DNA of 64,000 nucleotides from Dehalococcoidia bacterium (GTDB taxonomy: Bacteria; Chloroflexota; Dehalococcoidia; Lucifugimonadales; UBA6952). Position 1 is the stretch's first letter; each line of letters starts with the position of its first letter. Positions 60,132 through 64,000 of this stretch are shown here, one piece after another. The notes below the pieces were generated by a model. That model had not been told where the DNA came from. It ran no database searches and worked only from the letters and a program-made list of their open reading frames with translations. The DNA is taken from the NCBI GenBank assembly GCA_022450525.1, contig JAKUQA010000001.1, positions 87,038-151,037 on the forward strand, in the 5' to 3' direction. The position numbers and the translations under genes were made by a program.

Positions 60132-61265
60132 ATGGATTTGGGATTTGATGAAGTTCAGATGTTACTTAAAAATAGTGCTCGTGAGGTATTGGAGCAAGAG
60201 TGCCCTATTACTTTAGTACGTGCAATGGAAGAAGATGAAAGAGGATTTACTTCTGAATTATGGCAAAACATGGCTGAATTGGGATGGTTAGGTTTATCCA
60301 TACCTGAACAATATGGCGGACAGGGTATGTCCTTTTTTGATTTAGCCATATTGCTTGAAGAGACTGGTCGATTTTTGGTACCTGGTCCATTTTTTTCAAC
60401 AGTAGTTTTAAGTTCATCAATTCTAACTGAATATGGAACGGAGTCTCAAAAATCTGAAATACTACCTAAAATAGCTAATGGAGATTTGATCGCAACGGTA
60501 GCGATAACCGAACCTTCTGCAACATATGAATCAAATGGTATACAACTAACCGCAACTAAAGATGGATCAAATTATGTGTTAAATGGGACTAAACTTTTTG
60601 TAAATGATGCCCAAATAGCTGACATAATTTTAGTGGTTGCCAAAACTGATGATAAAGGCGACGAATCTAATGGTTTTACAGTTTTTATTGTCGATAAAAA
60701 TACTTCGGGAATGACAATTACTCCATTAGATACTATAGCATCAGATAAACAGGCAGAAATAGTTTTTGAGTCTGTATCAATTTCAGAAGAAAATGTTTTA
60801 GGTGAAGTTGGAAAGGGTTGGGATATAGCAAAACGTGTTATTGATTTAGGTTCATCAGCCAAGTGTATAGAAATGCTAGGCGGTGCTGACCGGGTTTTGG
60901 AAATGACTGTAGAATATGTAAAAGATAGGACACAATTTGGACGTCCTATTGGTAGTTTTCAAGCTATTCAGCATCATTGCGCCAATATGGCAACTGATGT
61001 TGAGGGATGTAGATATGTAGCGTATCATGCCGTTTGGAGGATATCTGAAGGTCTGGAAGCTCAAAAAGAAATTTCAATAGCAAAGGCTTGGGTTAGTGAT
61101 GCATATAGAAGAGTATGTGCAATAGGTCACCAGTCTCACGGTGCTATAGGATTTACTAAAGAATATGATTTGCAGTTATATACGAGAAGAGCAAAGGCTC
61201 AGGAACTTGCTTTTGGTGATTCATCATATCATCGAGAAATTGTAGCACAACAGTTAGGAATATAA
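60132..61265 (+). CDS. Acyl-CoA dehydrogenase-family protein lacking the C-terminal catalytic Glu
   Basis: 377 aa with the ACAD fold (ITEPSATYES..., FQAIQHH). The segment aligned to GTSEIQRN reads GDSSYHRE, so Ser takes the place of the catalytic Glu. Confidence 0.75.
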   Translation: MDLGFDEVQMLLKNSAREVLEQECPITLVRAMEEDERGFTSELWQNMAELGWLGLSIPEQYGGQGMSFFDLAILLEETGRFLVPGPFFSTVVLSSSILTEYGTESQKSEILPKIANGDLIATVAITEPSATYESNGIQLTATKDGSNYVLNGTKLFVNDAQIADIILVVAKTDDKGDESNGFTVFIVDKNTSGMTITPLDTIASDKQAEIVFESVSISEENVLGEVGKGWDIAKRVIDLGSSAKCIEMLGGADRVLEMTVEYVKDRTQFGRPIGSFQAIQHHCANMATDVEGCRYVAYHAVWRISEGLEAQKEISIAKAWVSDAYRRVCAIGHQSHGAIGFTKEYDLQLYTRRAKAQELAFGDSSYHREIVAQQLGI

Positions 61266-61286
61266 TATTTAGGGGAGAATATTCTT

Positions 61287-61628
61287 ATGGCAGAAAGTAT
61301 ATTTCAAAAAATTGCTCGCGGGGAAACTGATACAGAGATATTATTTCAGGATGATAGATGTTTTGTTATTAGAGACTTAAATCCAGTTGCACCTGTCCAC
61401 CTATTAATAATTCCTTTTTGGAAGTGCACTTCTCTTGCATATATTGGACCTGGTCAAGAACCCCTTATAGGGCATTTACTTGCTGTTGCAGAGGAAATGG
61501 CAAGGCGTGAAGGTGTTGCTTTAAGCGGTTATAGACTTGTTGTTAATCAAGGACCTGATTCAGGTCAAGAAATTGATCATCTACATGTACATTTAATTGG
61601 CGGTACTAAGTTATCTAATATTGGTTAA
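61287..61628 (+). CDS. HIT-family (histidine triad) protein
   Basis: 113 aa. HLHVHLIGG triad. Confidence 0.88.
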   Translation: MAESIFQKIARGETDTEILFQDDRCFVIRDLNPVAPVHLLIIPFWKCTSLAYIGPGQEPLIGHLLAVAEEMARREGVALSGYRLVVNQGPDSGQEIDHLHVHLIGGTKLSNIG

Positions 61629-61634
61629 TAACTT

Positions 61635-62216
61635 ATGGCAATTATCAAAGATCAATTGATTGAACATATAGAGAATAAACTTCCTGATTCTCTAAAGACG
61701 CATATATATCGTTCGTGTGAAGTTGGTCGTAAGTTGTGTGGAATTCATAGTGTTGATACAGAAAAAGTAGAAATTGCACTACTTGGACATGATCTATATA
61801 GAGCATATTCTGACAATGAGATGCTAAATGTTGCAGAGGAAAAAGAAATTGAAATTTCATATGTTGAAAAAGCCTCTCCATTACTATTACATGGAGTTTT
61901 AGCATCAATAACAATGCAGGAGCAATACAAAGTTTCTGACAAACAAATCATAGAGTCAATTAAGTATCATACAAGTGGTATGGAAGAGATGGATGAAGTA
62001 TTTATGACAGTATTTTTAGCTGATAAATTGGATCCAAAGAAAATCGAAAAAAATTCACAATTAGAACCAATAAACCAAACTGCTCAATACAGTTTGTCAG
62101 ATGCTACACTTATGTACCTAAATATGAAAATTTCTTCTATAATCGATAGTGGTCATTTGGTGCATCCTGATTCCTTAGATGCTCGCAATTCACTTTTATT
62201 GAAAACAAGAATATAA
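61635..62216 (+). CDS. HD-domain phosphohydrolase (YqeK-like)
   Basis: 193 aa with an HD pair (LLGHDLYR). Size and layout resemble YqeK-type Ap4A hydrolases. The call is weak. Confidence 0.5.
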   Translation: MAIIKDQLIEHIENKLPDSLKTHIYRSCEVGRKLCGIHSVDTEKVEIALLGHDLYRAYSDNEMLNVAEEKEIEISYVEKASPLLLHGVLASITMQEQYKVSDKQIIESIKYHTSGMEEMDEVFMTVFLADKLDPKKIEKNSQLEPINQTAQYSLSDATLMYLNMKISSIIDSGHLVHPDSLDARNSLLLKTRI

Positions 62217-62245
62217 TATCAGAATGTTTTTTGGAGGATATTAAA

Positions 62246-62551
62246 TTGCCGATATATGTATATAAATGTGATAAATGTTCTAATCAATTTGAATTAAAGC
62301 AAGGTTTTGATGCAGAAAGCACACAGCCTTGTCCTGATTGTTCTGGCGGTATTGGTAAGCGTCAATTTTATTCTCCTGCAGTGATTTATAAAGGTTCGGG
62401 TTGGTATACAACTGATTATGCTCGAAAGAGTGTAAATCCAGCAGGTCCTGTAGATACTAAAAGTGAGGATACATCAAAATCATCAGATTCTGAAACCACA
62501 AAAGAAACTGTAACAAAATCTAATACAGAAACTGATACAAAATCATCGTAA
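62246..62551 (+). CDS. FmdB-family zinc-ribbon protein with a Ser/Thr/Asp/Lys-rich tail
   Basis: I moved the start to the TTG at 62246, 8 nt after GGAGG. This gives (M)PIYVYKCDKC...CPDC, the typical FmdB N-terminus. Confidence 0.7.
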   Translation: MPIYVYKCDKCSNQFELKQGFDAESTQPCPDCSGGIGKRQFYSPAVIYKGSGWYTTDYARKSVNPAGPVDTKSEDTSKSSDSETTKETVTKSNTETDTKSS

Positions 62552-62557
62552 TTTGTT

Positions 62558-63019
62558 ATGAAGTTAGTTGTACAACGTGTAACACGAGCATCAGTAGCTA
62601 TAAACAACAAGGTTCACAATTCTATAAATTCTGGTTTGCTTGTTTTGTGTGGTATTGAAACAAATGATGGAGAGGAAGATATAGATTACTTGGTAAATAA
62701 ACTAACTAATCTTAGAATTTTTTCTGACGATGATAATGATTTTAATAATTCAATTCTTGATATAACTGGGGAAATTTTACTAATCAGTCAATTTACTTTA
62801 CTAGCTAATACAAGAAAAGGGAGAAGACCTTCTTGGGATTTAGCAGCAAATTCTGATATAGCTAAACCAATTTATAATTTGCTTTTGGATAAATTACAAA
62901 ATCAAGATTTGATAGTAAAAGATGGTATATTTGGGAGTGATATGCAAATAGAACTTGTTAATGATGGGCCAGTTACAATAATTATAGATAGTAAAGACAG
63001 GTTAGCTCCAAGAAAATAA
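62558..63019 (+). CDS. dtd: D-aminoacyl-tRNA deacylase
   Basis: 153 aa. MKLVVQRV start, SQFTL motif, and the C-terminal NDGPVT motif. Confidence 0.88.
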   Translation: MKLVVQRVTRASVAINNKVHNSINSGLLVLCGIETNDGEEDIDYLVNKLTNLRIFSDDDNDFNNSILDITGEILLISQFTLLANTRKGRRPSWDLAANSDIAKPIYNLLLDKLQNQDLIVKDGIFGSDMQIELVNDGPVTIIIDSKDRLAPRK

Positions 63020-63850
63020 CTATCTTGACTCGCTACCTTTCCACTCTCCTTTATTGTTATTAGTTTGCCTAAACTTTTTTATCATTTGGTAGTTTTTTAT
63101 TGCAATTTGCCATGTCGGAATATTATATGGCCTATCAGTCATCCCCCGTAATTTATTCATCAGGTCGTCTTCTAAGATTGGGCCATGACCACAAATGCCT
63201 ATTTCTGCATCGATATTTCGTAAACTAGTTAAAGACTCATCAAGTAGTTTCCTATTGCTGCTTGCCCATGTTAAAGGCCTACTTAATCTATCGACATTAT
63301 TTATTACCGAGTCACCTAAAAAAAGAATTTTATGTTTTGCTAAATATAAACAGATACTTCCTGGTGTATGCCCGGGTGTATGTAAGATTTGTAATCCACC
63401 TAAATAAGGGAGAACTTCATTATCTTCAACTGTTTGATGTACTTCAGTTTTTTCAAATACCACCCGTCTGGAATCATGATTCGAATTTCTACTAACTGAA
63501 AGAGCAGTAGCTAAACCAAATGTCCAGCGGTACCAAAATGGGGGTCTTCCACCCTCGGTGCCAGTTCTTAGGATATTATCTTTTAGTATTTCACCTTTAT
63601 GTGCCGTAATTGAAGCACCAGTAAGGTTGTGAAGTTCTTGCGCGCCACCCGAATGGTCGTGATGAAAATGGGTTAGGATAATATTTTTAATTTCTTCAGG
63701 TTTTCTACCAATACTTTTAACATAATCAACTATAGTTTGTGCGTTGCCAGGATTTCCAGTATCCACAACTGCGATATTTTTATCTAGAAGCAATATACAG
63801 TTACTTCCTGATGTGTCGTCAACTCGATGTACATTTTCTGCAATTTCCAT
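63020..63850 (-). CDS. Metallo-beta-lactamase-fold hydrolase
   Basis: 276 aa. THFHHDHSGG, TPGHTPGS and a later GHG motif. Confidence 0.8.
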   Translation of the reverse strand: MEIAENVHRVDDTSGSNCILLLDKNIAVVDTGNPGNAQTIVDYVKSIGRKPEEIKNIILTHFHHDHSGGAQELHNLTGASITAHKGEILKDNILRTGTEGGRPPFWYRWTFGLATALSVSRNSNHDSRRVVFEKTEVHQTVEDNEVLPYLGGLQILHTPGHTPGSICLYLAKHKILFLGDSVINNVDRLSRPLTWASSNRKLLDESLTSLRNIDAEIGICGHGPILEDDLMNKLRGMTDRPYNIPTWQIAIKNYQMIKKFRQTNNNKGEWKGSESR

Positions 63851-64000
63851 AGGTGTAATTCTACTTATTATGCTTGCTAATTTATATAATTTTCTATGTC
63901 TAAACTGATATCCAAAGACGAAAATGAGTGAGTGATAGCACCTACTGATATCAAATCAACACCCTGCTCAGCTATTTTGCGAACCGTTGTTAAGTTAACT

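Overview
This is a 64 kb AT-rich stretch of bacterial chromosome. Hand counts of several 60-nt lines give about 32-40% G+C. The genes are densely packed and almost all housekeeping or central metabolism. I saw no phage, transposase, integrase, CRISPR or recognisable defence genes.

Taxonomy cannot be fixed without a database search. Several features fit a Terrabacteria-type lineage such as a marine Chloroflexota (SAR202/Dehalococcoidia-like) or an actinobacteria-like organism:
- a Bacillus-type insertion in ribosomal protein S12
- a Ddn/DUF385-type and an LLM-type oxidoreductase
- coxMSL-like genes and several acyl-CoA dehydrogenases
- an unlinked 23S rRNA gene

Main contents, in order:
- partial rpsL, hflKC, an obg-like gene, nadD and pyrE
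- a sulfatase cassette
- gyrB, tsaD, dnaA and fmt
- moeB/thiF plus a cysteine synthase
- a consolidated nitrogen-assimilation block: OmpR-type regulator, amt, two glutamine synthetases, gltBD, nadE
- a recA-yebC-ruvCA-uvrB repair block
- a Mo-hydroxylase (coxMSL-like) operon extended by a MoaD-like protein
- a lone 23S rRNA followed by initiator tRNA
- a PII-like gene
- three acyl-CoA dehydrogenases

Observations most worth a second look:
1. A higher-GC sulfatase gene is bracketed by perfect 50-bp direct repeats that duplicate the pyrE 3' end. This looks like an integrase-less insertion.
2. An OmpR-family regulator with a degenerate receiver sits at the head of the nitrogen block. 11-bp-phased (G/T)TAAC boxes, including an exact 19-bp twin box, lie upstream of amt, glnA and the PII-like gene. 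This suggests an actinobacterial-GlnR-like regulon.
3. The Obg orthologue has lost its GTPase motifs.
4. DnaA has an intact AAA+ module but a rewritten DnaA-box recognition loop.
5. A plsY-like gene is complete only if it starts at ATA.
6. A MoaD/ThiS-like protein with a capped GG-TF tail is translationally coupled to the Mo-hydroxylase.
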